In this document: positions 27,391-37,465 of the stretch, piece after piece
How the letters are laid out: each line of letters begins with the position of its first letter
Position numbering within the stretch: the stretch's first letter is position 1
DNA from: an uncultured virus (IMG/VR IMGVR_UViG_3300033074_002123)
Taxonomy: Duplodnaviria > Heunggongvirae > Uroviricota > Caudoviricetes
Virus record (IMG/VR): IMGVR_UViG_3300033074_002123
Location: 62,001-126,000 of that record
Direction: 5' to 3' (one strand)
DNA: 64,000 bases
Translations under genes and position numbers: made by a program
The notes under the pieces: generated by a model
The model's database searches: none
Told to the model about the DNA's origin: nothing
The model's input: the letters and a program-made list of their open reading frames with translations, nothing else

Positions 27391-28752
27391 TTAGTCCGTT
27401 TCTATCAAATTTAAAGTTTTTACTCTATCATAAAACCTTTCATGTTCATAATCTTGAGCAATAGTAAATACTTCTTTTGACCTATATTTTCTTACTTTAT
27501 CAGTATAAAGTCTCATAATACCATTACGATACTCATCTACTGTTTGATTCATTGTAATAAAAAAATTAAAAGGTTTAATAACATTCTTAAACTCAGAAAT
27601 ATCAAACCTAGTCATAACAAAATTTGGGTCATTTAAACTTTTTGGACTTACAGTGCTAGCTTGTATAGGAGTTATTAATCTTGTTTTTAACTCTAAAGCA
27701 AAATTCTTCATATCAATTGATAAATCTTCTCTTCTTTGTCTTTCTTCAGAAGCTCTATAAGTTTTATTATTAGCTGGATGGAAAAGTTCAAAATAATCTA
27801 ATAAAACTAACTCAATATGAGGGTTAGTTTTAGCAATATCAAGATAAACTTCCCTCACATCAAACATTGTAGTATCTTTGCCTAATTTCTCAATAGTATG
27901 AACATAAATATCTCCTCCTTCAACTTTTAACTGATTAATGATTTTAACCAATTTTTTGTAAGTACTTTCACTTAAATTAGCCTCTTCAACATCAGCTAAT
28001 AATTGACCTGTCCAAGTAGCATCATATAAATCTAAAGTTTCTTCAGCTAAACCTTCTCCCTGCACATGTAAAACACTAAAACCTCTTCTAGCAGCCCCAA
28101 CTCCAATATGTTTTAACAATTTAGTTTTTCCAACACCAGATTGAGCTAAAAATAAAGCTGTATCTCCTTCAATTAAACCCCCTCTTGAAACTTCATCTAA
28201 ACAATCAATACTAAAAGGAACTTTTTTCTTAATATTACCTTGGTCAGCTTCAAATTTTCTATTCTCAAACCTTTTTTCAAAATCATTAAAAACTCTAGGA
28301 TAGTAATTAATATTACGAAATAAACTAAAATCAGTTAAATCAACAGCAACTTTTTTAATTAATCCCCTAGCTTCTTCTCTTTGCCCTTGTTGATATAATT
28401 CAACAAACTTATCATAAAATTCAATTGATTTACTATCTTTAATAAAATTTTCTAAATTTTCTAAGATAGCTTCCTTATCAGGAATATGCGATAGAGATTT
28501 TATTTTAGCTAACTCAACTAAAACATCTCTATCTTTTTTATCACTAGTAGTAAAAATTTGAGAAAGTTGCCCTATAGTAGGGATTTTATTTGAAGTTGTA
28601 TATTGAGAAGTAATGACTTTCCAAAGACTTTTATGAGCTTCTAAAGGAAAGTAATAAAATTTAAGGTGAGTAATACAAATTTCTAAAAATTCTTTCTTTC
28701 TTAAACACCAATAAAAAACCTCCAATAAAAAATCTTCATTTAATACAGACAT
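27391..28752 (-). CDS. dnaB: Replicative DNA helicase (DnaB/gp41-like)
   Basis: AQSGVGKT Walker A, VLLDY Walker B, TPIQ, K.R arginine finger; near primase. Confidence 0.9.
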   Translation of the reverse strand: MSVLNEDFLLEVFYWCLRKKEFLEICITHLKFYYFPLEAHKSLWKVITSQYTTSNKIPTIGQLSQIFTTSDKKDRDVLVELAKIKSLSHIPDKEAILENLENFIKDSKSIEFYDKFVELYQQGQREEARGLIKKVAVDLTDFSLFRNINYYPRVFNDFEKRFENRKFEADQGNIKKKVPFSIDCLDEVSRGGLIEGDTALFLAQSGVGKTKLLKHIGVGAARRGFSVLHVQGEGLAEETLDLYDATWTGQLLADVEEANLSESTYKKLVKIINQLKVEGGDIYVHTIEKLGKDTTMFDVREVYLDIAKTNPHIELVLLDYFELFHPANNKTYRASEERQRREDLSIDMKNFALELKTRLITPIQASTVSPKSLNDPNFVMTRFDISEFKNVIKPFNFFITMNQTVDEYRNGIMRLYTDKVRKYRSKEVFTIAQDYEHERFYDRVKTLNLIETD

Positions 28753-28787
28753 AATTTTCCCAATTAAACAAACTACAATTTATTTTA

Positions 28788-28819
28788 TAAATCTATAAAA
28801 ATTTTTCATTTTTTCCAAA
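28788..28819 (-). promoter_or_regulatory. Bacteroidota-type promoter TTTG-N20-TAGATTTA
   Basis: Intergenic upstream of helicase, exact 20-nt spacer. Confidence 0.72.
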
Positions 28820-28848
28820 TTCAAATAAATAAAGACCTCAAATAACTT

Positions 28849-30522
28849 CTAAATAAAATCCCACTTAAAATCCCCTCCCCTATATTGAGCTGCTCTAACT
28901 GCTTGCCATAAAGCCATAGATATGTCTCCATGACCAATTACACTAGTTATTTTATCTTTAGTATCATCAAAAACATAAGAATTTAACTCAACAGCTAAAG
29001 CATCTGTCAAATCAATTGATTTTTGGTCTCCTCTTGGTAATTTAATTCTGCCTTGCTCAAAAACTACTCCTAAAGCAGGTAAACCTTCAGTTAAAGAATA
29101 TTTATCAGTCCCTGTTTGGTGTTTTAAAGCAGGTAAACCAGCATCTACAGCCATTTGATAAAATATTTTCTGCATAGCATTAGTTTCTATCATAATAAAA
29201 TCAGGTTGAAAATTGAAATTAAGATTTTTCAAAATAGCCATCTGATTATCATAAGAAATACCTTTACCTACATAAATATTAATAACCCAATAAGTATTCA
29301 TATCAATCCCAAGAGTAACAAAAGCAACTGCATCAGCTCCAGTTTCACTACTAATAGCAAAGTCAGTTCCTACAACAACTTTATTAAATTGTTTTGGGAA
29401 AGAATATCTATTAGGAACTAATGTAAACTTATCCATCCCATCATAAGCTCTTTTAATAATATGATAAGGGAAAATAGAAGTTTCTGAACTAATTGGTCTA
29501 ACTAAAATTTCTCTTGAAAAAATAATAGACCCTAAATCTTTTCTTTTTCTTAATAAAGTTTCAAAATTATGTCTATTTTCCCATAAAATTGTTCCATCTG
29601 GGAAAATAGCTGGATATTCAAAAATTCTCCAACTAGGCTTTTTCTTTAAATCAGCATATAAATCTAATTCATGAAAGGGTGTCCCAACAACAACCACTTG
29701 TCCACCTGGGACAATCATATTCATAATAACTGCATGAAACAAATCAATATATTTTTGTCTTTGTTCCTTAGAATAAATAACATTATCAGTTAAAAGGTCA
29801 TCTACAATAATATAAGTTGGGTGAAGACCTCTCATCCTGCTTTCTCCAGATTTAATTCTAAGAGAAGCTCCATTTTTTGTTACAATCTTACTACCTGCCC
29901 AACCTTCTGACCTACTACCTGGATAAAGAACTTGATTTAATAAAGGATTATCTTCTATTTCTTCTTTGATAAAGCTTAGTAAAGTTTCACCTAAAGAAAA
30001 TTCAGAAGTAATTATCATACCTGTTTTAGATAAAAGCAATTCTCTACCTAAATTAGGAATATAATTGGGGTCTCCTTTCTTTCTGTATCTATAAAGTTTC
30101 CATAAGGGATAAGCTTTAGAAAAAGTATAAGACTTAGAATGGTCTCTAGCTGCTAAAACACCTAAATAAGGAAAAATCTGAACCAAATTACCCCATTCTA
30201 TATGATGCCAATTCATTTCAAAATCTGGCAAAGTACTAACAACAAAATAATTAAAAAATAAGATTTTTAATATTTCATCTACATTAGTAGTAAGTTTTTC
30301 CAAATTCCCCATTTCTGAAAGTTGAATAGGGATGGAGTGATAAAGAGCTTTTCCTATTTCAACAGAAATATCATCTAAGAGCATATCTGCATCTTTACCA
30401 GTCCCTTCCAGTAACTGATTTAAAGCAGGAAGCTCTAAATTAGATATGATTTCCTCAGTTAAAGAATAAACTTCTTTTAACTGGTCAGAAGTATGAACAT
30501 ATTTAAGTAATTCTAGTGACAT
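28849..30522 (-). CDS. terL: Terminase large subunit
   Basis: AARDHSKS Walker A variant, RGLHP..IIVDD Walker B, VGTP, nuclease GTDFA, IETN, HGD. Confidence 0.92.
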   Translation of the reverse strand: MSLELLKYVHTSDQLKEVYSLTEEIISNLELPALNQLLEGTGKDADMLLDDISVEIGKALYHSIPIQLSEMGNLEKLTTNVDEILKILFFNYFVVSTLPDFEMNWHHIEWGNLVQIFPYLGVLAARDHSKSYTFSKAYPLWKLYRYRKKGDPNYIPNLGRELLLSKTGMIITSEFSLGETLLSFIKEEIEDNPLLNQVLYPGSRSEGWAGSKIVTKNGASLRIKSGESRMRGLHPTYIIVDDLLTDNVIYSKEQRQKYIDLFHAVIMNMIVPGGQVVVVGTPFHELDLYADLKKKPSWRIFEYPAIFPDGTILWENRHNFETLLRKRKDLGSIIFSREILVRPISSETSIFPYHIIKRAYDGMDKFTLVPNRYSFPKQFNKVVVGTDFAISSETGADAVAFVTLGIDMNTYWVINIYVGKGISYDNQMAILKNLNFNFQPDFIMIETNAMQKIFYQMAVDAGLPALKHQTGTDKYSLTEGLPALGVVFEQGRIKLPRGDQKSIDLTDALAVELNSYVFDDTKDKITSVIGHGDISMALWQAVRAAQYRGGDFKWDFI

Positions 30523-31163
30523 TAAAACTGAAAAGTATGTCTAAATTTCTTAATTGGAGCTGAAACTAATCCACCTCCATTCCCACTAACAAAAGAATTA
30601 ATTAGAACTTTAAATAAACCAACATTAGCTTCAACATCATTTAAAGCCCTGTGAGAATCTGAAACACTAACATTAAAAAATTCACAACAAGTAGGTAACT
30701 TAAAATCTTTTATTTCTCCTTTATTTCCTAATTTAATTCTCATTAAAGCTAAAGTATCAATTAGAAAAGGGTCAACAAAAGAAAAAATATCTGTTTTTTC
30801 AGACTCAAACAAAGTATTTATAAATTCAAAATCAAAAGAAGCTAAATTATGTCCTACTAACCAAGGGGCTTGTCTACTTATTTTAAGTTTCTTAAAATCT
30901 TCACACATCATTTTAACTACTTCTTTTGAAGATTGACCTTTAGAAGTTTGTTCTATAGAAATACCATGAATAGCTAAAGCCCTTTCATCATAAAAATTTA
31001 AGTTTCCATAAGGCTTAATAAAAGTATCTCTTCTCAAAACTTCATTTAAATCAGCATCTAAGACAATATAAGCCAACTCCATAATTGGAGATTTGTTTGG
31101 ATAAAGACCACCAGTCTCTACATCAAGTACAATAAAATTACCTTTCCAATACATAAAAAACAA
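30522..31163 (-). CDS. DEDDh 3'-5' exonuclease (DnaQ-like)
   Basis: LDVETGG, GHNL.SFD, IDTL, SHRALND. Confidence 0.93.
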   Translation of the reverse strand: MFFMYWKGNFIVLDVETGGLYPNKSPIMELAYIVLDADLNEVLRRDTFIKPYGNLNFYDERALAIHGISIEQTSKGQSSKEVVKMMCEDFKKLKISRQAPWLVGHNLASFDFEFINTLFESEKTDIFSFVDPFLIDTLALMRIKLGNKGEIKDFKLPTCCEFFNVSVSDSHRALNDVEANVGLFKVLINSFVSGNGGGLVSAPIKKFRHTFQF

Positions 31164-31165
31164 TT

Positions 31166-31675
31166 TTAAATGAATATGATATTATATTTTTTTAATTTTT
31201 CTTTAATTTGAGCTAAGGTTTTTTCTCTCTCTTCAAAATTTGAAAAGGCAATAGCAGTATTAGCATATGTCATTATACTAGATTCATCTTCATTTATAAG
31301 AATATAATAAACCCAACAATCATCAGTAGTATCAGCTTTCTCATAATCATAATTCTCATAAGTCCCAATTTTTTTTATATATTTAACTTCTAAAGAAACA
31401 TTCCCAATATCAATAAAGTTCCTTATATAATTATATTTATTTTGATTTACTTTATCAGAAGAATCAAAATTCAAATTATAATCTAATAAAGCATCCCTAA
31501 TTTCAGAATCAGGTTTAATCTTATAATCATCCAAAATAGCTTTTATCTTAGTAGCATTTAATTTACCCAAAGCCACAATAAGATTATCCATTATCTCAGC
31601 ATCTAATTCAGATAATAAAGAAACTTGAATTGGTTTAGAAGATTTTTTAATATTTTTTCGTAAAGATTCTTTCAT
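31166..31675 (-). CDS. Hypothetical protein
   Basis: 169 aa ORF in operon. Confidence 0.65.
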   Translation of the reverse strand: MKESLRKNIKKSSKPIQVSLLSELDAEIMDNLIVALGKLNATKIKAILDDYKIKPDSEIRDALLDYNLNFDSSDKVNQNKYNYIRNFIDIGNVSLEVKYIKKIGTYENYDYEKADTTDDCWVYYILINEDESSIMTYANTAIAFSNFEEREKTLAQIKEKLKKYNIIFI

Positions 31676-32187
31676 TTAATAAAAGGCTTAATCTTTTCAA
31701 ACAAAAATTGATAATAAGCAGAATCAGTATCTTTTATATATCTCATTCTTCTATGAATATCTTTAAGCTCCATAAGCTCCTTACCATTCCTACCTTCCCA
31801 TTTATCATGACAACCTTTGTGGTCACCTATGCTTAAACAATCAAATACAATATTTTCTTTAACAGCCTCTAAATCTTTTCTTTTACTTCTAGGTATTAAA
31901 TGAGAATGACTTAAAGGATACTCTGAAGAACCACAACCATGACACCAATGAGATCTTTCTGCATCTATTTCAGCATAAACTTGGCTTAAAAGTTGTTTTC
32001 TATTAATTTCTTTTTTAGAAACTTGTCTTAGCTTACTAGCAATTTTTTTATTCCAAATTGAGATAGGGTTTAATTTTTTATTTAACCTAATATTATTACA
32101 ATAATTACACAAATAGAAGTATTTGTTAACAATACGTCTTTTTTGTCCACACTTTTTACACCTATCTATTGTAACCCCTTTTTTCAT
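31672..32187 (-). CDS. HNH-family endonuclease-like protein
   Basis: CHGC...SHSHLIPRS...NIVFDC...CH pattern plus an N-terminal CxxC...CxxC. Confidence 0.7.
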   Translation of the reverse strand: MKKGVTIDRCKKCGQKRRIVNKYFYLCNYCNNIRLNKKLNPISIWNKKIASKLRQVSKKEINRKQLLSQVYAEIDAERSHWCHGCGSSEYPLSHSHLIPRSKRKDLEAVKENIVFDCLSIGDHKGCHDKWEGRNGKELMELKDIHRRMRYIKDTDSAYYQFLFEKIKPFIK

Positions 32188-32737
32188 AAATAAAGGGATA
32201 AAGATTTTTGAGTATATTTTGACATTCTATTTTAGATTTACAAGTTAAACATAAAACTGACCTATGATTATATAAATCAGTAGAGATTAAACAATGAGCA
32301 AAGCCTTTCTCTTTATTATGAAATCTTTTCTTTTCAATTTCTATATATGAATTTATTAAAACAAAATCCCTTTTTTTAATAAATAGAAAAGAGCTTAATA
32401 AATTTTTATCAATCTTATATTCTTTAAGAATACCTTCTTCACAAAAATAAAGGTAATTTTTATTTTTGTTTTTCCACCTATCAAAAGCCTTATTCCCCAA
32501 AAACCAACTTAAATAAAAAGATTTAATTTGAGTTTCTTTATCTCTCCAATACTCAAATTGAAAAGCAAAATAATTAAATAAATAATCAAATCCCCAACTA
32601 CCTTTTCCTACCTCTTTATTTAATTTTTTCTCAAAATTATCAATTAATTTTTTTTCTCTATCTTTAATCTCATAATTGGTTATATGACCAGTTATTCTTT
32701 GATAAAAAAAACTATATATTTTTATAATTAAGTCCAT
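32162..32737 (-). CDS. Hypothetical protein with Cys-rich C-terminus
   Basis: 191 aa ORF; C...CLTC....C. Confidence 0.65.
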   Translation of the reverse strand: MDLIIKIYSFFYQRITGHITNYEIKDREKKLIDNFEKKLNKEVGKGSWGFDYLFNYFAFQFEYWRDKETQIKSFYLSWFLGNKAFDRWKNKNKNYLYFCEEGILKEYKIDKNLLSSFLFIKKRDFVLINSYIEIEKKRFHNKEKGFAHCLISTDLYNHRSVLCLTCKSKIECQNILKNLYPFIYEKRGYNR

Positions 32738-32777
32738 AAAAACAAATAAAGCCCAGCACCATTACAGTACTAGGCTT
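32738..32777 (-). terminator. Intrinsic-terminator-like hairpin
   Basis: Minus strand AAGCCTAGTAC-TGTAATG-GTGCTGGGCTT (11-bp stem with 2 G-U pairs) followed by TATTTGTTTTT. Confidence 0.65.
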
Positions 32778-32862
32778 CAAAACCAAAGCAGAAAAACATG
32801 AAACAAATTTCACACCAATTTTTCACAATAAGTACAATTTTGAAATTTTCCAATCTCAATCA

Positions 32863-32894
32863 TAAAGATATGAAAAAAGAGATTTTTAACCAAA
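32863..32894 (-). promoter_or_regulatory. Bacteroidota-type promoter TTTG-N20-TATCTTTA
   Basis: TAGTTTGGT...TTCATATCTTTA, flanks identical to the 48689 copy. Confidence 0.8.
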
Positions 32895-32925
32895 CTAAAA
32901 CAAAAAAAAGAACTCAAATTACTTC

Positions 32926-33483
32926 TTATACAGAAGTCCAATTTAATTGAATTTTAAGTGTTTCAATCTTTGATAAAGTTGTCTCAGCATCAAAATTAGC
33001 TTTTAAAGCTACACAACTATTAGCATCTGCCATATTTGGTAAATTGAGAGTTCTTTTTAACCAAATCCCTAAATATTCATTCGCCCCTAAATTACCTAGT
33101 AATCTTTTATTAGCTTCCCCATTAGCTGTATAAAAAGTAGCATAATAAGGTAAAGACCTACAATTTTGAATTTGTTCCATATAAAATCCAAAATCACTAT
33201 CTTGATTTAAAGTAACTACAGCTAACTCAAAATCTCCATAATTACCAACTTCATTTTCAAACCAAAAATAGATATTATTAGCAGCTACTCCTAAAGTATT
33301 CTTTAAGACAATAGCCTTTACCTCAAATGAATTTTTTTCATAAGTTAATTGAGAAATTTCAGAAAACAAATTAGCTAATTGTCCATTAGGAATAATAGAA
33401 TTAGAAACATATCCTCCTAAACTATATTGAGGTTTGATTTGTTCTCCTAAATATTTAGTAGCTCCTGTGTAGTAGAATAACAT
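32926..33483 (-). CDS. Putative virion structural protein
   Basis: Beta-rich; last gene of the tail/baseplate block; SLGGY.S and GIWLKR motifs. Confidence 0.55.
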   Translation of the reverse strand: MLFYYTGATKYLGEQIKPQYSLGGYVSNSIIPNGQLANLFSEISQLTYEKNSFEVKAIVLKNTLGVAANNIYFWFENEVGNYGDFELAVVTLNQDSDFGFYMEQIQNCRSLPYYATFYTANGEANKRLLGNLGANEYLGIWLKRTLNLPNMADANSCVALKANFDAETTLSKIETLKIQLNWTSV

Positions 33484-33485
33484 CT

Positions 33486-35798
33486 TTAAATAGTATTAAA
33501 ATATGAAATATTATCAAGATAAATCAAAGAATCAACCGGAAAACTTAAAATATTTTGAGGAGTACCCAAAATGTAAATTTGACCTGTTGTATATATTTTT
33601 AAAGGAATTGGAATCCAAGCTAAATCTCCTCCTGTAGCTCTATACATGGTCCCCATAACATGAACAATTTCTACTGGCCTATATTTAAGAGCTCCCACAT
33701 TAACTGGAATAGTAGCTACCAGTTCCTCATTATCAGAATTACCAGCACTTATAACTGAAATACAACCTGATAAATAAGATTTCAACCCTATAATATGTAC
33801 TTTAGGTTCAGGATTACCAGAAGAAAATTTAGCAGCATAACTAAAACCAATACTATAAGGTTTAAATCCATAATTTTCTGGTGAAGTAAAGTCTTTAATA
33901 ATCCATTTATAATAAGTATCTACTTTTAAAAACTTAAAAGTATAAATCATTCCCTCATGAAGAGCAAATAAACTAGAAAGATCTAGTTTACCTGATATGC
34001 TAGATAAAAGTTCAGAAGGATAAATAAAACTATTATTGCTATCACCTATAGCTTGAATATAAAGAGTTGAATTTGACATCCTCAAAAATCTAACTGTAAC
34101 TTCCATTCCAATAGGGGGTTCATCAGTATAATATCCTATCAATTTAATCCCTTTAAGAGTAACTGGGTTACTTTGAGCATCAAAAGAAATAGAATTTTGA
34201 CCTGGTTTTATTAAAATATAATTTTTTCCTCCATCCATATTATCAGTATAATTAAGAATTGGAAGTTGGTCATTCATTGTCCCATGTAATCCTGAACTAG
34301 CTGGATTATCTACTAATCTTAATTTAACTCCTGAATCATTATAACTTGTTCTTGAAGGGGAACCAATTAAAGCTCCTTTATAATCATGTTGATCTTCTGC
34401 ATAATAACCATAAGTAGAATCAGAAGGAAATAGTTGCCAATCTCCATTAACTGTTGTATAAGAACCATTTGTTATATTTCTATATGAAAAATAATAATAA
34501 ACATCAGTATCTAAAATTATAGGTAACTCACAAAACCCATATATTTTATTAATTGGGAATCTAAAATAACTAATACTGTTTAGATAATGAACAGGTACAG
34601 CTGTTTTAGGCCAACATTGAATTTCAATTTCATCAGCATCTGGAGTGAGTAAAACTGAACTAGCATTAGCTAAAGCATCATAATCAAAATCTTCTAAAGT
34701 TAAAACAATAGAAGTTCCACCTACTCCCCTTAAACTAGCACTTATCTTCATTGGAATACCTTCTCCTTCTGCATATAATCTCCACCCATCAAAATAATTA
34801 TCTACAAAATCACCTACAGATTTATATTTTCCTCCAGAACCAACTGTAATAATAACTTTTCTATCAGAAATTGCTAAACTAAAAGCTGTCCCATTAAACC
34901 CCCATTCAACTTTAACCAAACTTTTAGAACTATCACTTGACTTATGTGGATAAAGAACTTCAGTAACCCCTATTAAATAATTGAAAGAAGAAAGAACATT
35001 TTTCAGATTAAAATCAGTTTTAGTTTCATAAAAGTTATCTCTTCTATAATCTCTAATTTCAACATTTGTTCCATCTGATTTAATAGCAGCAATTACATAT
35101 TCATTTGCCCCTAAAGTTAAAGCAGTAGGATTACTTCCTGTCCCAGCTGCTACAAAACCCCCCTCATCAGTATTCCAACCAATACAACTATCATACTGAA
35201 AAATATTTTTATAATCACTTGGAATACTAAAGCCTGGAGTAAAGGTACCAACTATACTATAATAAAGACCTGTTTCAGCAGTAAAAACCCCTTGTAAAGA
35301 AGCTGTAGTATTTCCACCAACTGTTAAAACTTCATAGTCTCCATTGTTAGAAGCTGGAACTCCCTTAGAAGACCAAAGTTTTATTTTAGCTGGAAAATTG
35401 GGTTGGCCTCTAAGTACTTCAGTAAATTTAGTATTATAACCAGTTAATACTCCTGCAGCTGAAATGTCTAAAGTTCCTTCTTCAAAAACCCCATATTCAT
35501 GCTTAGCTATTACCCAATACCAAGTACCAACTGTTACAGCAATATTATCTTCTGCTTTTTTTACAATCAAATTACCAACTGAATTAATAGCATAAGAATC
35601 ATTAACTATTTTAATAGTACCTGCTATAGTACCTGCTTCTATTTTAAAATTATCCCCACCAGCTAAAGCAACTACCCCAAAAGATTTAGAATTTAATAAA
35701 AGAAATCTTCTAAAACCTTCATCATCTAAAAATTGTTTAAATCTTCTTAATTCTGCTACTTCTAAGAAGAGATTTGGGTTAAATTTAAGATAAGACAT
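33486..35798 (-). CDS. Putative baseplate/tail-fibre attachment protein
   Basis: 770 aa, Gly/aromatic beta-rich, in tail module. Confidence 0.55.
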   Translation of the reverse strand: MSYLKFNPNLFLEVAELRRFKQFLDDEGFRRFLLLNSKSFGVVALAGGDNFKIEAGTIAGTIKIVNDSYAINSVGNLIVKKAEDNIAVTVGTWYWVIAKHEYGVFEEGTLDISAAGVLTGYNTKFTEVLRGQPNFPAKIKLWSSKGVPASNNGDYEVLTVGGNTTASLQGVFTAETGLYYSIVGTFTPGFSIPSDYKNIFQYDSCIGWNTDEGGFVAAGTGSNPTALTLGANEYVIAAIKSDGTNVEIRDYRRDNFYETKTDFNLKNVLSSFNYLIGVTEVLYPHKSSDSSKSLVKVEWGFNGTAFSLAISDRKVIITVGSGGKYKSVGDFVDNYFDGWRLYAEGEGIPMKISASLRGVGGTSIVLTLEDFDYDALANASSVLLTPDADEIEIQCWPKTAVPVHYLNSISYFRFPINKIYGFCELPIILDTDVYYYFSYRNITNGSYTTVNGDWQLFPSDSTYGYYAEDQHDYKGALIGSPSRTSYNDSGVKLRLVDNPASSGLHGTMNDQLPILNYTDNMDGGKNYILIKPGQNSISFDAQSNPVTLKGIKLIGYYTDEPPIGMEVTVRFLRMSNSTLYIQAIGDSNNSFIYPSELLSSISGKLDLSSLFALHEGMIYTFKFLKVDTYYKWIIKDFTSPENYGFKPYSIGFSYAAKFSSGNPEPKVHIIGLKSYLSGCISVISAGNSDNEELVATIPVNVGALKYRPVEIVHVMGTMYRATGGDLAWIPIPLKIYTTGQIYILGTPQNILSFPVDSLIYLDNISYFNTI

Positions 35799-35807
35799 AT
35801 TAAACTC

Positions 35808-37460
35808 CTATATATAAATGTTAGTAAAATTTGAATTATATGGAAAAAGATATTTTCTTATTATATCTGCTTTTTCTTCTGCAGTTAAACTATAGTTGTT
35901 ATCTTTTACCCAAGTAAAAATAAAATTTTTAACTTGAATAAAACAAGTACTAAAAGGGGTACATAAAGGTCTAACTTTAATGTCCCATAATTTGATCTCA
36001 TTCCCAGCTGAATTTATCTTCATATCATTTAATATAACTGGAAAGATTTTAACTATATTAGTGCCTTTAAATCTTAAATGGTTACCAAACCCAATATTTA
36101 AAGTATAATCATTTGGATCTGTTTTTTGAGGAGCAGTGGCAGCAAATATAATCCCTCTAACAAAATACCATTTATTGATATCAATCAAATTTTGTTGAGT
36201 AAAAAAATTATTTTCAGTACTAGGATCCCCTGGAGGGACTGTAACTGATTGAAAATTAATAATATTGTCTCCTCCATCTAATCCTACCACCCCAAAAGTA
36301 AAATTGTTATCTTGTTGAATTTGTTTCACCCAAAAAGTAATTTCATAACTTAAATTAGGATTAACTAAAATTGCTTTTAATTTTTCTCCTCCTACAAAAG
36401 GAGAAGGTATATTTACACCAGAACTTACACCATCGGGTACTTCTTTAATAGCCATTGGTTTAATTTCTGAAAAAATTTCTAATCCATTTGTAATATAGGT
36501 ATCCTCTACTAAAGGATAATTAGCCAAGTCTATAACATCTTGAGTATCTTCCCAAGCTTTATTAACAGCTATCTGATTAGTCATCCCTCTCCACATAGGA
36601 CTAGAATTTTGTAAATTCCACCCTAAATATTGAGATAAGACAATTTGAAAAATAAATTCATCAGTAAGTCCAACACAAAATAATCTTAACAATTCTCCAT
36701 TCACTTCTTTAGTGTCTCCCCAAGGCAATATTTTTCCCTTCCTATAAGTAACCATTCGAGTCCCTCTATATCTAATTTCCTGATAATAATGCCACATCAA
36801 ATAAACTAAATCAACTAAATCAGAAGACCCTTCACAAAGAAAAAGATTTCTTTGTTTAAGAAAATCAACAAGAAGATTTTTATTAGAATAAAAAGTTTCA
36901 AGTTTTCTAGCAAAAGTAACAAAATAAGCAAAATAACAACTTATAGCTCTCCAAAATTCAATAAAATCTGTATCAGCAAGAGCTCCCTCTCCTCTCTTAA
37001 TATAAGCAGCTAAGAAACCTTCTTCATAAATTTTATTTAAAACATTGGTACACCAAATAGCTATTTCATCATCATAACACTCAAAATAAATCTTAAAAAT
37101 GCTTCTATCATAATAAAATCCACACTCTAATTGTCCATAAGTAGCATTTAAAGTAATGTTTACAAACTCAAGATTACCAGTATTGTCTGTTCCAGCTCTA
37201 ACATATCTATATTCAATTAAAAAAACATCAGAAAGAGAAACAGATACTGCCTGTAAGTTTAAATCAGTTAAAACAACCCAATCAGAATAATGAATCCCAT
37301 TAGTTGTATAACGAAAAAACTTATTAAAATAGCGAGTACCTGTTTCTCCAACAATGGTATCAGAGTAATCTACAAGAGCTGTTATTCCCAATATTGGAGT
37401 ACCAGGAACAATTAATAAAACATCTCCTATAGCAGTACAAACATTACCTACAACAGCCAT
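35808..37460 (-). CDS. Putative baseplate wedge/structural protein
   Basis: 550 aa; helical middle with RGT motif and beta-sandwich-like C-terminal part; tail module. Confidence 0.5.
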   Translation of the reverse strand: MAVVGNVCTAIGDVLLIVPGTPILGITALVDYSDTIVGETGTRYFNKFFRYTTNGIHYSDWVVLTDLNLQAVSVSLSDVFLIEYRYVRAGTDNTGNLEFVNITLNATYGQLECGFYYDRSIFKIYFECYDDEIAIWCTNVLNKIYEEGFLAAYIKRGEGALADTDFIEFWRAISCYFAYFVTFARKLETFYSNKNLLVDFLKQRNLFLCEGSSDLVDLVYLMWHYYQEIRYRGTRMVTYRKGKILPWGDTKEVNGELLRLFCVGLTDEFIFQIVLSQYLGWNLQNSSPMWRGMTNQIAVNKAWEDTQDVIDLANYPLVEDTYITNGLEIFSEIKPMAIKEVPDGVSSGVNIPSPFVGGEKLKAILVNPNLSYEITFWVKQIQQDNNFTFGVVGLDGGDNIINFQSVTVPPGDPSTENNFFTQQNLIDINKWYFVRGIIFAATAPQKTDPNDYTLNIGFGNHLRFKGTNIVKIFPVILNDMKINSAGNEIKLWDIKVRPLCTPFSTCFIQVKNFIFTWVKDNNYSLTAEEKADIIRKYLFPYNSNFTNIYI

Positions 37461-37465
37461 TTAAC

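Noticed and set aside
9208..30522. Inteins or introns in dnaE, helicase or terminase
   Set aside because: Lengths and motif spacing are ordinary; no intein termini or LAGLIDADG motifs recognised
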